From: a virus
Taxonomy: Duplodnaviria; Caudoviricetes
IMG/VR virus record: IMGVR_UViG_3300042261_000671
Span: 1 to 57,124 of that record
Length of the DNA stretch: 57,124 nucleotides
Reading direction: 5' to 3' (one strand)
Numbering within the stretch: position 1 is the stretch's first letter; every line of letters starts with the position of its first letter. Under the pieces are notes generated by a model. It was not told the origin of the DNA, did no database searches, and saw only the letters and a list, made by a program, of their open reading frames with translations. Position numbers and translations under genes: made by a program. Shown here piece by piece: positions 38,679 to 50,071 of this stretch.

Positions 38679-39914
38679 TTAACCGAATAATTTTTCATTA
38701 GCTTCATCACCATCGATTTCAAAATCAATATCTTGTTCAAATTCTGCATATTGTTCGTCTAAAGCTTCCATTTCGGCTTGATATTCTTCATATGATGCGT
38801 ATCTGAAATATTCATAGATGATTGGATCTAGTGCTTCCAGTACTTCGCGTGTAAATACTTTACTGTTATAGAGTTGACTATCGAATAATGTTTTGTCGAG
38901 ATGTTTTACGTACCATTTTGAACCATTTTCGTAAGTTATTTCTCCAGTTTTCTTGTCAACTACAGGTTTTACTTTTGCGATTCCTACTTTTTCGAAATTT
39001 TCAGGAGTACAGAAATAATCTAATCCCTTAAAAGCGTTACATCCTTTAGAATGATCTATTTCAAATTTAACTTTTTTAGGTTTAGCCAATCTATTTTTTC
39101 TAGCCATTGCTGTTATTGTTGATCCTATAGAACCAGTAGATAATTCGTCTTTATTTTTATCTTCGAGTTTTGCCTTAGATAATAGAATGATAATAGATGC
39201 TAAGTAGTTGAGTCCTTCACCACCAGTTTGTACTGTTTGTGGGAATAAATCTTGTGTGAGATATGTGTGGTTTGTTGCAATTAAAGGAATATTGAGATAA
39301 CCAAGATCATCTATAATAATTCTGAGCATTGATTTTGTAGCTTTTGCTCTACTCATATCTTGTTTATCATTGCCCTTAATAGCATCTTCAATTTCTTTCT
39401 TAGAGGCAAGAGCACCAAGACTATCTATTACAAATAGGGTCTTAGATACATCTTCTCCCTTTTCTTTCATTTTCTTTAATTCGTCTAATAATTGTGCAAG
39501 GAATACTTTAAGGTTTTCTACTTTATTACTTCTAATTAACATGAATTTCTTTTCATCTGAAGTATCGATTCCAAACATATCGAAGTCGTTATTTTCAATA
39601 GCAAATTCAGTATCAATATATATCACATTATATCCTTCTTTTTGAGCGTTTCTAACTATATTTAAGCAAATATAGGATTTACCTGTCTGATAAGGTCCTG
39701 CGAAAATTGTAAATCTATTTGATGGAACTCCCCCTTTAAGAATACTTTTTGATAGAAGAGCGTTGAGAATATAAATTCCAGTGCTTATATATTTTCTTTC
39801 TGATTTAAGGTTGTCTATTGTAATCATAGACTTCTTTGAAAGATTTTCTATTACTGATGATATTTTACCTAAATTAAATCCATTTTCTTTTGGTTTTGCT
39901 GTGGTTTTGGCCAT
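38679..39914 (-). CDS. uvsX: RecA-family recombinase (UvsX-like)
   Basis: ISTG..LN.LLS, GPYQTGKS, YIDTE, IDSLG, DMSRAK, TNHTY, KNR. Confidence 0.92.
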   Translation of the reverse strand: MAKTTAKPKENGFNLGKISSVIENLSKKSMITIDNLKSERKYISTGIYILNALLSKSILKGGVPSNRFTIFAGPYQTGKSYICLNIVRNAQKEGYNVIYIDTEFAIENNDFDMFGIDTSDEKKFMLIRSNKVENLKVFLAQLLDELKKMKEKGEDVSKTLFVIDSLGALASKKEIEDAIKGNDKQDMSRAKATKSMLRIIIDDLGYLNIPLIATNHTYLTQDLFPQTVQTGGEGLNYLASIIILLSKAKLEDKNKDELSTGSIGSTITAMARKNRLAKPKKVKFEIDHSKGCNAFKGLDYFCTPENFEKVGIAKVKPVVDKKTGEITYENGSKWYVKHLDKTLFDSQLYNSKVFTREVLEALDPIIYEYFRYASYEEYQAEMEALDEQYAEFEQDIDFEIDGDEANEKLFG

Positions 39915-39963
39915 ATTAATAATTCTTATTTTTTAATGTCCCTAAAATGGTCATATTGGATTT

Positions 39964-41034
39964 TTATGTCATTAAAGACAAAAAGTTTAATTTATCATAT
40001 AAATTCTCATTATATTTAATTCTTATTAACTTAATGTCGTTATCTATACAAAATTTATTTTTTATTTTGTCTAACATAATAGTATATTCTAGTCTTTCTT
40101 CTCCTCCAAAATAAGTGACTGGTTCAAAATGTTGAGGACCATCATATTCTATACAAATATTTAGTTCTGATAGGTAAAAATCGAAAGGCAAGGGATTTTT
40201 ATATCTACACCCATCAAAACTTTTATATTGCTGAAATTTTATATTGTTTTCCTCTAGAAAATGTCTTATTTTTCTTTCACCTTTTGTTTCTAAACAAACA
40301 GGACATCCTTGACCATTTAAATGATTATTGAGTTTTTGAAAAAATTCACCGTGTTCAGGACATATAATTCTAATTTTTTGTTTTACATTGATATATTCTG
40401 TAAATAAGGAATAATCATATTTATTCTTATGTATTTCTGATGCTTTAGCTTTAGCCATCTCGAGATTGGATTTGTTTCTAGCACAATATGGACAACCTCT
40501 TTTTAGAAAGATATGATTATGAGGCAACTGCTCAAATTTTCCATGTTTTGGACAAATTATTATAACTTTAACATGATTATTTTTATAATTAACTAAACTA
40601 TAATCATATTTGTCACCGTGTACTTCTTTCGCTTTTTGAATAAACATTTCATTATCCCATCTTTTATTTGCACAGAATGGACATTTTTGTCCATCTAAAT
40701 GATTACCAGATCTTTGTTCAAACTCACCGTGTTCAGGACAAAATATTTTCATTTTCTTAGCGATTCCTTGAAAATCAGACATAGAATAATCATAAAAATT
40801 ATTATGAACTATATTACATCTATCAAAAAAATCTTTCGATGAAATTTTCACAGAGTTACATATAGGACATCCAGCTCCCGATAGATGATTATTTGGAAGT
40901 TGTTCAAAAATGCCGTGTTTTGGACAAATTATTTTTATATTTTTTAGCATTCCTCTATAATCCACAAGATCATAATTATATTTATCTCCGTGAACTTTTC
41001 TAAATCTATTAATCAAATCTATTTTTTTAATCAT
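39964..41034 (-). CDS. Free-standing homing-endonuclease-like protein: four Zn-finger (DUF723-like) repeats plus Vsr/PD-(D/E)xK nuclease
   Basis: HG.KYDY..ICP.HG.F.Q..NHL...CP.C four times; KGE..I, PFDFY, IEYDGPQH, LIRIKY. Confidence 0.85.
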   Translation of the reverse strand: MIKKIDLINRFRKVHGDKYNYDLVDYRGMLKNIKIICPKHGIFEQLPNNHLSGAGCPICNSVKISSKDFFDRCNIVHNNFYDYSMSDFQGIAKKMKIFCPEHGEFEQRSGNHLDGQKCPFCANKRWDNEMFIQKAKEVHGDKYDYSLVNYKNNHVKVIIICPKHGKFEQLPHNHIFLKRGCPYCARNKSNLEMAKAKASEIHKNKYDYSLFTEYINVKQKIRIICPEHGEFFQKLNNHLNGQGCPVCLETKGERKIRHFLEENNIKFQQYKSFDGCRYKNPLPFDFYLSELNICIEYDGPQHFEPVTYFGGEERLEYTIMLDKIKNKFCIDNDIKLIRIKYNENLYDKLNFLSLMT

Positions 41035-41085
41035 ATATTCGGACTCTTTAGTAAATATATATATTAAAAAATAAAAACCAGGACC

Positions 41086-41487
41086 ATGGCGAATAGTTTC
41101 TATCTAACCCTATGTAAATCTAGGAAAAAATTTGACAAATATTGTAAAGTTAACAGATTGAAGAACAAGGTTATAGTTGATATAAAATTAGCACTCGAGG
41201 AAAATGAAATTTATGATGATAAATATGATGATTATTTCAATCTAATGATTTATACAAGAATAATACAATCTCTTAACAAAGGAAAAGATATTTATTATAT
41301 ACCAAATTTCACTAACGAAAAATTAGATATTAAAGAAGTTCTGAAAATTAAGAAAATTCTAAAGGAAGGAACTTTGTTTAATATACTAATGTTTTTTGAT
41401 GAATTTAAAGAAGATACAAGAATACAAAACGATGTTTTAACTAATCTTGGACTGTTTGATAATTCTCAATTATTAAAAGATTATTAA
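41086..41487 (+). CDS. Hypothetical protein
   Basis: 133-aa ORF. Confidence 0.7.
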   Translation: MANSFYLTLCKSRKKFDKYCKVNRLKNKVIVDIKLALEENEIYDDKYDDYFNLMIYTRIIQSLNKGKDIYYIPNFTNEKLDIKEVLKIKKILKEGTLFNILMFFDEFKEDTRIQNDVLTNLGLFDNSQLLKDY

Positions 41488-41490
41488 AAT

Positions 41491-42318
41491 TTATTTTTCG
41501 TTCAATTTTTCTTCTAGCACTAATGAAATAACTTTATGAAGTTTATTTCGATAATACAATCCTTTATCATTTACAAATTTTTGTAATTTTTTTAGATTTT
41601 CATTATTGTATTGCATGCCATATCTTTTAAGAACTTCAGTCATGCTTTTTTTATTTTTATCTATATCCCCATTATTTATTTCTTCAAATATATTAAACTC
41701 TATCATTTTTTTATAAGCCACCCAGATTACTGTTCTTCTATCTTCCATTTCTTTTGTCATATTTAATAAATCTTGATATGTTGGATTTGGATTATCTTTA
41801 ATTCCTTCCTTTAATCTACTATAAAAATCATGTAATCTGGATTTTATTTCAGTTGGATAACACATGTATAAAAATCTTGTTATATTGTCTGTTGTTTTTG
41901 AAGAAAAATTAGGATCTGTTTTCATATCAGATATTTTATGCCAATCAAAGAAGTAATCTTTTGTGCCTTTTTCTTTTTTTATAATCCAATCAATACCATG
42001 ATTTATTTCGTGGTGAGTTACTCCTTTGACATTATATTCAGAAGGTCTTACGTTAAAAAATAATTTATATCCAGTTGGAGTACTCATACTAGTAGATGGA
42101 TTAAAATGAGAAACAATATTATCATCGACACTGATTGTTATTTGATCAATATTGTATTGAGTTTTCGGTATTTCGGCTTTTTCTATAACAATTTTTCCTT
42201 TCTTATTTGGAAGAGATTGTATTTTGTCATAAACAAGATCTGATATTGCAACAACATCTTTGTTTATGCCCATTTTTTCTAAAATGAAATTATTATATTT
42301 TTTAATCATATTTATCAA
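41491..42318 (-). CDS. Putative zincin-like metalloprotein with N-terminal tag
   Basis: MIKKYNNFILE; HEINH plus downstream Y..PTEI. Confidence 0.65.
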   Translation of the reverse strand: MINMIKKYNNFILEKMGINKDVVAISDLVYDKIQSLPNKKGKIVIEKAEIPKTQYNIDQITISVDDNIVSHFNPSTSMSTPTGYKLFFNVRPSEYNVKGVTHHEINHGIDWIIKKEKGTKDYFFDWHKISDMKTDPNFSSKTTDNITRFLYMCYPTEIKSRLHDFYSRLKEGIKDNPNPTYQDLLNMTKEMEDRRTVIWVAYKKMIEFNIFEEINNGDIDKNKKSMTEVLKRYGMQYNNENLKKLQKFVNDKGLYYRNKLHKVISLVLEEKLNEK

Positions 42319-42622
42319 AATTTTCTATTGGATATACTCCTTCTCCACATGGAGTATCTGTGAAAAATACTCCTTCTTTTTCGTATCTTTGTTGACATAT
42401 TATTGTTCCGCCATCTATTATTTTAATTTCTCCTCTCCTTATCCTAATAAATTTATCTGGTATAGATTCTCCATCTATATGAAAGTTAATACAATCTTTT
42501 ATGCAGATAACTTTATCTCCTTTTTTAACAACCACATCTGGGTCCGCTAAATTTTTGGAATCGTCTTCTTCCTCCTCTTCCTCATAATCTAATTGTTCGA
42601 ATAACTTAAATTTTGTAATCAT
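42302..42622 (-). CDS. Small SH3-like protein with N-terminal tag
   Basis: MITKFKLFEQ; KKGDKVICIKD. Confidence 0.7.
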   Translation of the reverse strand: MITKFKLFEQLDYEEEEEEDDSKNLADPDVVVKKGDKVICIKDCINFHIDGESIPDKFIRIRRGEIKIIDGGTIICQQRYEKEGVFFTDTPCGEGVYPIENFDKYD

Positions 42623-42690
42623 AAACTTATATATTATTTTTTCATTTTGTAATGCAGCTTTTTTAATATATAAAAGAAAAAGACTTTTTA

Positions 42691-44334
42691 ATGTATTCCG
42701 AAATAGGATTTATTTTTAGTCCAGCACTGAAATCTTTTGGTAATAATAATAATACTGGAAACATATATGGTAGAACTGTAAAGATTCGTCCCGCTCCATC
42801 CAATAACCAAAGCTCACAAGGACAACAAACACAAAATAATCAGGGTCAAGGTAGTCAAAATTCATCTCAACCAGACGCCGCTCTACAAGATACTGTTTTG
42901 GTTTATAAAGACCCAAATAGCACAAATATAGTGAATTATCTTAAAGAAAATGTTTATAAATATGATAATTCCAATGAAGATCCATATATTTCTTTAATTG
43001 ATTATTTCAGTACAAGAAAAACAAAAGCTTTAGCTCTTAGAGCTGCTGACTTTGCTTATCTTAAAGATCTTGGAGTTTATCCTATAAATAGATTGTGGAT
43101 ATTAAGAAGATTTCCAGATAATTGCGTTGTTCCAAATAATCTTTTAATTTGGGGTAACGCAGTAGAACCAATATCTACAGTCGTTGGATGGATAAAAGAT
43201 AAAGAAGATCAAGAATTTTTATCAGTATCTTTTCATGAAGTATGGGTATCTCAAAATAACTGGATAGATAAAGTCATAGGTGAAATTCTTAATAAAGAAT
43301 TTGGACTCGCTGGAGATAAAATAATGAGTGTTCCTGGTTGGGGACAAGGTATCTTATTTGGAATGTTAAAAGCCATGGGATTTACAAGTGATTTTAACGC
43401 ATTCAATGTAGCAACAGGAGATCCTAATTTACTTAGAACAGGCACAATGAGAGATATTAATAATCAGGGGTTAGTATCAAAAATGGAAGTAAGATTGGAA
43501 ACATGTTACGAACAAAAATATATCAATGGAGTAGATCCAGGAATGGCTATGATGGATATAATCACAAACTTATTGAAAATGGGCACATCAGATCAAAAAT
43601 TTGTTTTGGATGCTAGTAGTAAAGTTATAGTTGATTTCTTAAATCAGATAAATAATAAACCAGACCTTGGTGCTTGGGCTACTTTTTTAGTCAATCTAGT
43701 AGGAAGTTTCCTAGAAGGAGTTAAGAATTTTATTAGTGATATGACTCAAAACGGAGGCGGCGCTGGACAACAAATAGAAGGCACGTCCGAAACAACAGAA
43801 AAACCAGCACCGGGAACTATACCAAATCCAGAAGCTAAATATACTCAATCTACATCAATACTAGGAAATCTAGCTAAAAATTTAGGTAACACTTTATTAG
43901 CAGGAACTGTCTATAAATATAGATGGCCATTAAAAGGAACTATTGGTCTTATGACTGGTATTTCTACAACCCCGTGGCATCTAACCGTCGGTAATCCATA
44001 TTCTCCAATTATAAACATTGGTAATATTATAGTAAATGATGTTTCCGTTAAATTAAGTAACGATCTTGGTTTCAATGACATGCCAGCTAGAATTGATGTT
44101 AATGTTCAAATAGATTTTGGAAGACCTCTTGGTAAACAAGAAATAGAGAAAATGTTCAATAATGGTTATAAAAGAATATATGCTAAAGATAAATCAAATA
44201 CAAATACATCTTCAGTAGTAGCATCAAGTAACACGGCAGCTTCTGGTAATCCGGCTACAGTAAATGTTGCGGCAAATCAAACACAACCCATTGAGACTAG
44301 AAATATTATTCAAAAACAAACAGGCGGAGGTTAA
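42691..44334 (+). CDS. Putative tail/baseplate structural protein
   Basis: First gene of the baseplate cluster; WHLTVGNP.SPI..IGN..LGFNDMP..V....GRP. Confidence 0.6.
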   Translation: MYSEIGFIFSPALKSFGNNNNTGNIYGRTVKIRPAPSNNQSSQGQQTQNNQGQGSQNSSQPDAALQDTVLVYKDPNSTNIVNYLKENVYKYDNSNEDPYISLIDYFSTRKTKALALRAADFAYLKDLGVYPINRLWILRRFPDNCVVPNNLLIWGNAVEPISTVVGWIKDKEDQEFLSVSFHEVWVSQNNWIDKVIGEILNKEFGLAGDKIMSVPGWGQGILFGMLKAMGFTSDFNAFNVATGDPNLLRTGTMRDINNQGLVSKMEVRLETCYEQKYINGVDPGMAMMDIITNLLKMGTSDQKFVLDASSKVIVDFLNQINNKPDLGAWATFLVNLVGSFLEGVKNFISDMTQNGGGAGQQIEGTSETTEKPAPGTIPNPEAKYTQSTSILGNLAKNLGNTLLAGTVYKYRWPLKGTIGLMTGISTTPWHLTVGNPYSPIINIGNIIVNDVSVKLSNDLGFNDMPARIDVNVQIDFGRPLGKQEIEKMFNNGYKRIYAKDKSNTNTSSVVASSNTAASGNPATVNVAANQTQPIETRNIIQKQTGGG

Positions 44335-44336
44335 AT

Positions 44337-44807
44337 ATGAGTTATTTATATACAAATGAAACAGTAGAAAGAGATTTAACTATGGGCAATTTATATGATA
44401 TAGTTGATCCCGTTATTATGTGGGACGATACTATAAAATATTATCCATATGTTGTTCAAAGAGAAGAAGCTATGAGAATGGATCTTGTTTGTTATAGTAT
44501 ATATGGCAACTTTAACTATATAGATGAACTTTTAACATTGAATCATATTCTAAATCCCTGGTCTATAAAAGAAGGAGATATAATATATTTCGCTGAAGAA
44601 GATGATATAAATTCTCTACAAATGCAGGCTAAAACAGATCAAAATAGAATTGTTAGATCTTTAGTTAATCCAAGTAAGGATACGAAAAAAGATCCTAATA
44701 GGGATGAAGGAACTGGTTTAACTCCAACAATTAAACCTACTAATTTGAAAGAAGTCGATATTGATTTTAATAGTAAGAAAATAAAAATAATGGATAGACT
44801 TAAATAA
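44337..44807 (+). CDS. Baseplate wedge protein (gp53/LysM-like)
   Basis: YVV..EE.MRMDLVCYSIYG..LL.LN.ILNP.SIKEGD. Confidence 0.75.
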   Translation: MSYLYTNETVERDLTMGNLYDIVDPVIMWDDTIKYYPYVVQREEAMRMDLVCYSIYGNFNYIDELLTLNHILNPWSIKEGDIIYFAEEDDINSLQMQAKTDQNRIVRSLVNPSKDTKKDPNRDEGTGLTPTIKPTNLKEVDIDFNSKKIKIMDRLK

Positions 44808-46195
44808 TGATTGAAGTTATAAATAGATCAAATAAAAAACTTGTTACTTTAGAGTTTAGTTATAAAGAAGGAGTTAAAGATAAAGACGCCACTTCTTACG
44901 CTGACGATATAGGAAGACTTCCTTATGTTGTTATAAATGGGGTTACTATTGAAAGTAAAGATATTAGATATTTGAAAATATCTAACGATACTTTTTTACC
45001 AGGAATAGAAATAGTATTTTTTGATCCTACAGATTATATTTGGGATTCTAATTTTCCTTTAGATCAACAGATAGTTAGTATTTTAATTAGATCTAATTCG
45101 GATTTATTAATGCCTATAAGAATGGATTTCTGGATTTATGAATTTAACTCTGTTAAGAATGATGGTCAAGAATCAGAAAAGAAAACATATAGTGTATTAG
45201 GAAGATTGAATGTGCCTTATATCATAAAAAATTCTAGTTTTAAGGGAACAAGTTATGATGTATTAAAACAAATTTCCGAACAAACAGAATTGGGATTCGC
45301 TTCAAACATAGATAGCACAAACGATAATATGACGTGGATTAATTGTGGAATTGATTATGTTAGAGAACAAATACCTGAAATTGTAAAACGTTCATATATA
45401 AGTGATAACACTTTCACTTGGGCGTATGTAGATTTCTGGTATAACTTAAATTATGTTGATATTGAAAAACAAATAGGAGAAAGTACAAAAGATTCTAAAA
45501 CAGTCGATCCAAACTCTTCACTAACTGGAACAGATGATACTTTACCTTTAATTTTATCAAATCATCCTAATTATAAATCGACTAATCTTTATATAGATAA
45601 GTTTAATTTAGTAAATAGTTCAACTCAAACAAATTTCGAATTAGGTTATAACCCACACATATATTACTATACCATGAAGGAAAAGAAGATAAATAATTTA
45701 TTGTTAGATACTATATCTTCTAAGGGAGATAATAGTGATAAGATAGTATTAAAAGGGCAGCCCCAGGATAATAATTATGGAATAAATCAATCGAAAAATT
45801 ATTTCTTAGGTAAAATTGATGTCGATAATTCACATGAAAATTATTTATATGCTGAACAAATGAATTTGCATAATATTAAGTTTATACAAAATGTTAGTAT
45901 GACTGTTATATTGAAAAATATTAATTTTCATTTATATAGATTTCAGCCAGTTAAAATAAATATTTATAAATTAAAACAATTGGGCAATGACACAAATCCT
46001 GTAACAAGCGCAGATATTCAAAGTTCGAAGGATGTTGATAAATATAAATTGAACGAGAGATTAAGCGGAGATTGGTTAATTGTTGGTATAAATTATACAT
46101 ATAGAAAAAGAGAGAATAGTGCAGGTAAAATGGTACAAGAAGTAAACTTAGTTAGAAGAGAATTAAGTGCAGCTAAGATAGCAAAAAATGATTAA
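44807..46195 (+). CDS. Putative baseplate hub protein (gp27/gpD-like)
   Basis: Position between gp53-like and gp5-like genes; LSGDWLIVGINY..QEVNLVRRE C-terminus. Confidence 0.6.
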   Translation: MIEVINRSNKKLVTLEFSYKEGVKDKDATSYADDIGRLPYVVINGVTIESKDIRYLKISNDTFLPGIEIVFFDPTDYIWDSNFPLDQQIVSILIRSNSDLLMPIRMDFWIYEFNSVKNDGQESEKKTYSVLGRLNVPYIIKNSSFKGTSYDVLKQISEQTELGFASNIDSTNDNMTWINCGIDYVREQIPEIVKRSYISDNTFTWAYVDFWYNLNYVDIEKQIGESTKDSKTVDPNSSLTGTDDTLPLILSNHPNYKSTNLYIDKFNLVNSSTQTNFELGYNPHIYYYTMKEKKINNLLLDTISSKGDNSDKIVLKGQPQDNNYGINQSKNYFLGKIDVDNSHENYLYAEQMNLHNIKFIQNVSMTVILKNINFHLYRFQPVKINIYKLKQLGNDTNPVTSADIQSSKDVDKYKLNERLSGDWLIVGINYTYRKRENSAGKMVQEVNLVRRELSAAKIAKND

Positions 46196-46200
46196 AATTA

Positions 46201-49116
46201 ATGGCAGAGCAAGACACAAGACAAGCTACAAAACCAGGTTACTACGACGTTCAAAGCGTTGTAGATATAGACTCTGAAAATTTTAAATATGGTCTAGGAT
46301 ATTATAATGGAAAATATCAAGATCCTTGGTTCTTTTTTCAAGACCCTTTACTTCCAACTTACGATATTGTTTTAGACACAGAAAGATCTCCTTTATTACT
46401 TACTCACACAGGTGATACCTATAGGAATGGTTTATGTAACTTTTTAAATGATTATAATGATATTTATTCTATAAGAGCACGTGGGAAAATATATGACGAG
46501 TTTATTAAAACATTATATACTTTATTTAACACAGAATTTAATCAAAAAGAAAGAAATAAATCATATTATATTAATAGTATAACTGGTTTAGATAAACTTA
46601 CTGCTAGAATTGTAGATTTTGAAAAAGAAAAAATTACTATAACTCTCAACGAAGATGTGTCTATGGTAGCTTTGTACCTTTCACAACTATATAACAATTT
46701 ATCATATTCATATAGAGATCAACACCAGATGATTCCAGCTAATTTATTAAGATTTAATATGTATGTTAAAGTTCGTGATGTCAGAAATATGCCTTTATAT
46801 TTACCAGACGGAACTGGCACAACTTTATCATTTGAACACTCTTATGTAATATATTTTTTAAGAGATTGTACGTTTGATTTCAAAAAGGCTAAAAACTTTG
46901 AAGATAATTTAACTGCTGGAGGATTTGACGCTGGGGCACCAACGAAACCTTCAACTATATCTTTTGATGTTACATATAAATCTATTGAAATAGAATCAGA
47001 ATTTCCACTCATCATGGATAATTTTGAAAATGGTAGTAGTGCTTTGAAATTGAATAATAAAGATAAAGATGTTCTCGGTTATATAAATGGACAATATACA
47101 GACGCAGATAATTCATATGGTCTAAATTCAGTATTTATTAATAATTATAAATCTCCAGACAGTATTCTAGATAAGTTTTATAAAGATTATAACAGAGGAA
47201 AAGACAATCCAACTGAAAGAGTATGGGATAGCGACGTTGTGGTTAATAAAGGACAAGATCCAAAATGGGTATCAGCATCAAGTTCAGATACAGTTCCTGA
47301 AGTAATAAATAATAATAGAACAGACACTTTAGACAATAAATCCGTAGTAGATAAAGATAAGACTATGACTAAAGAAGAGCTTGATAATTATAAATCTGAT
47401 ACATTATCACAAAAATCAGTAGTCGATCCAGATAAAATTATGACTGAAGAGCAATTGGATAACTTCAGAAGTGATGAACTTAACGATTGGCATCTATACG
47501 ATCCATCTGTCTTTGAGGGTCAATGGAATATGGGATTTGGATATTCCGAACCTGAACTTGAGGCTCTTAGAAACAGTTTCATGAATGAAATAAATTTAGG
47601 AGGTTTCTTATGGAATCTTCCAGAATATATAATAAATTTCTTCCTTGGCGGATTACACGGTATAAATCCATTACTTCCAATTTATATAGATACTTATGCT
47701 CCAGATATAAGAGGATTGAATTATATTCATACATATGAAAATAAACCATTTATTAATCAATCTCCAGATATTATAATTACTGGACATACTGATCAAGGAA
47801 TTGGTTTAAATGGAGAAACTATAGACACAAATGCAAATCCACACGGAACAATATCTGGACATATAGACACTACTATTCATCCAAAACAACCGTTGACAGG
47901 ACACATTGATACAACGATTAAACCTAAACCACCTTTCAATGAATTTATACCATTTGCTTTACGTCCAAGAATACCTTTATCTGGACGTATAGATACTTCA
48001 TTCAAGATACAATCTCCTTTATTTGGCTATATAGATACAACTGTTAGACCACACGGTCAAGTTCTTGGTATAATTGATATGACTATTAAACCAAGACCTC
48101 CTTTGAATGAAAGAATTGATACAACTCCAAGACCTCACGATGCAACTCTTGGATATTTGTATCAAAATTCTCCTTTTGTGAGAAATGCAAATCTTGGAGT
48201 CTTGTATGTTGGAGTGACACATGATAATATTCCACTTATAACATATTTATATGGTAAAACTACCAAGTTCAACGATTTATCAAATTATAGAGCATATAAC
48301 AATGTAGCCAATGAAAGTAAACCATTGAATAATATTAAAATAGATCAGACTGTTAGAGATATTGCACCTTTTGTAGAAACCAGAGATTATAATAATAACA
48401 TTGATGTAGAGAAGACGTTAAATGATCTTATTCTTTATAATAATAATGTTAATAAAATTAATAATTTGAACTTATTAACTGTCGTGAAAGAAATACCTCA
48501 AGAAAAAGTATTTAATCCAACCAGATTATATACTAATGCTGAGTTTAATAGAGTGTTAGAAACTGTTTATTTATATCCTAAAGTTTCATCAACAAAAACT
48601 TTAAAGGAAGAAACGCTCTATGAAAAAGTATTTACTAATAAGACTCTAAATAAAGAATATATATTGGCAACATCAAGATTTATTCCAGAAGTTGAACTTG
48701 GTAAAATAGATCTTACTATAGAAAAAACATCTCCAGTTAAATTGGGTTCTGTATATCCAGAAGTAGAAAGTGTAACTAAAAAGTTATTGGTTCCTGAAAA
48801 ATTATTTCAACCAAAAGAAAGAAAATTCAATGATTTAGGTAATGTTTACACAAATCCAAAAAATGATACGAATTTAATCAATCCATTGAAGCCAATAATT
48901 GTAGATGTAACTCTTAAAGAAGAAGATGAATATCCTGTTAGACTAAATAAATCTGATAAGATTGAACAAAAAATTCCAATTGAAAAGGAAATAGATTTAG
49001 GTAGTATTGATCAATCAAGCCTGAACGAAAAAAGATCAGGGTTGAAAGATAGTGATAATATAAGACCTAATGAAATAAAAGAAAAACAAGGATTAAATAA
49101 CGAAAGGCTTAGATAA
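46201..49116 (+). CDS. Large structural protein with a tail-tube-like N-terminal domain and IDT..(R/K)P repeats
   Basis: 971 aa within the baseplate cluster; repeats visible in the translation. Confidence 0.6.
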   Translation: MAEQDTRQATKPGYYDVQSVVDIDSENFKYGLGYYNGKYQDPWFFFQDPLLPTYDIVLDTERSPLLLTHTGDTYRNGLCNFLNDYNDIYSIRARGKIYDEFIKTLYTLFNTEFNQKERNKSYYINSITGLDKLTARIVDFEKEKITITLNEDVSMVALYLSQLYNNLSYSYRDQHQMIPANLLRFNMYVKVRDVRNMPLYLPDGTGTTLSFEHSYVIYFLRDCTFDFKKAKNFEDNLTAGGFDAGAPTKPSTISFDVTYKSIEIESEFPLIMDNFENGSSALKLNNKDKDVLGYINGQYTDADNSYGLNSVFINNYKSPDSILDKFYKDYNRGKDNPTERVWDSDVVVNKGQDPKWVSASSSDTVPEVINNNRTDTLDNKSVVDKDKTMTKEELDNYKSDTLSQKSVVDPDKIMTEEQLDNFRSDELNDWHLYDPSVFEGQWNMGFGYSEPELEALRNSFMNEINLGGFLWNLPEYIINFFLGGLHGINPLLPIYIDTYAPDIRGLNYIHTYENKPFINQSPDIIITGHTDQGIGLNGETIDTNANPHGTISGHIDTTIHPKQPLTGHIDTTIKPKPPFNEFIPFALRPRIPLSGRIDTSFKIQSPLFGYIDTTVRPHGQVLGIIDMTIKPRPPLNERIDTTPRPHDATLGYLYQNSPFVRNANLGVLYVGVTHDNIPLITYLYGKTTKFNDLSNYRAYNNVANESKPLNNIKIDQTVRDIAPFVETRDYNNNIDVEKTLNDLILYNNNVNKINNLNLLTVVKEIPQEKVFNPTRLYTNAEFNRVLETVYLYPKVSSTKTLKEETLYEKVFTNKTLNKEYILATSRFIPEVELGKIDLTIEKTSPVKLGSVYPEVESVTKKLLVPEKLFQPKERKFNDLGNVYTNPKNDTNLINPLKPIIVDVTLKEEDEYPVRLNKSDKIEQKIPIEKEIDLGSIDQSSLNEKRSGLKDSDNIRPNEIKEKQGLNNERLR

Positions 49117-50063
49117 TGAAAGATTTAGACAGACTATGGGTAGGATTAGTAGAAGATAATAAAGATCCAGATAGACTTGGTAGATGTAAAGTTAGAGTTC
49201 AAAGTATATATGATGATATACCTGTGGAAGATATTCCCTGGGCATCGCCAATAAAAAGTTTGAGTTCTAGATCTTTTGAGGTTCCTGCTGTTGGGAAGAT
49301 AGTATCTGCATTTTTCCCAAATGATAATTTATATGAGCCATATTATTTTTATGCTGATCACTATAATGTAAATCTTAGTAAGAAACTTCTAGATTTAAGT
49401 GATGATGAATATGGTAATTTTATAGCGATGGCATTTGATCATAAAACGAAAGTATATTCTGATGACAGTGCTCTCACTATGGATTATATGTATAATAAAA
49501 TAACTATTACCAATGACGATATAAATCTAGAAATGAAAGATAGTCAAAGGAAAGTTAATATTGGATGTAAGACTGCAGATCAACAAGCAGTTCTCGGTAA
49601 TCACTGGTTTGATTGGATGGATAAATTTGTAGAAACATTATTAAAACCAGAATCTTTAATAGGAAATAATGGTTCTCCAGTGCTTAAATCTGAATTGGAT
49701 CAATTGTTGATTAAATATCAATTAATAAGAGAAACGTTCCTTTCAGATTATGTTTATATAGTGGATGATAATAAAGTTGATAAATTAGAAATGAAATATA
49801 ATAGCCCTATTATGGACGATGGCGTGAAGATAAATAACACGCCTGTGGCTGGAAATAATGATACTAACGATCCAAACGCTCAAAGTTTATCAGATAAATT
49901 AAAAGAACAAAAAGACAAAGAATTAGATAAATTGAAAAAGGCTATGCCTAGCGACGCTTTAGCTAAGGATCATTTTATTGATTTACCTGAAGATCCTACA
50001 GCTAATAATATGATGACAGGTGGAGGAGGCGATATTACAGTATATTATGAAGTGAAAAAATAA
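49116..50063 (+). CDS. Baseplate spike protein (gp5/VgrG OB-fold N-terminus)
   Basis: GLVEDNKDPDRLGRCKVRV..IPWA.P..VP.VG..V. Confidence 0.88.
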   Translation: MKDLDRLWVGLVEDNKDPDRLGRCKVRVQSIYDDIPVEDIPWASPIKSLSSRSFEVPAVGKIVSAFFPNDNLYEPYYFYADHYNVNLSKKLLDLSDDEYGNFIAMAFDHKTKVYSDDSALTMDYMYNKITITNDDINLEMKDSQRKVNIGCKTADQQAVLGNHWFDWMDKFVETLLKPESLIGNNGSPVLKSELDQLLIKYQLIRETFLSDYVYIVDDNKVDKLEMKYNSPIMDDGVKINNTPVAGNNDTNDPNAQSLSDKLKEQKDKELDKLKKAMPSDALAKDHFIDLPEDPTANNMMTGGGGDITVYYEVKK

Positions 50064-50071
50064 ATCTTAAA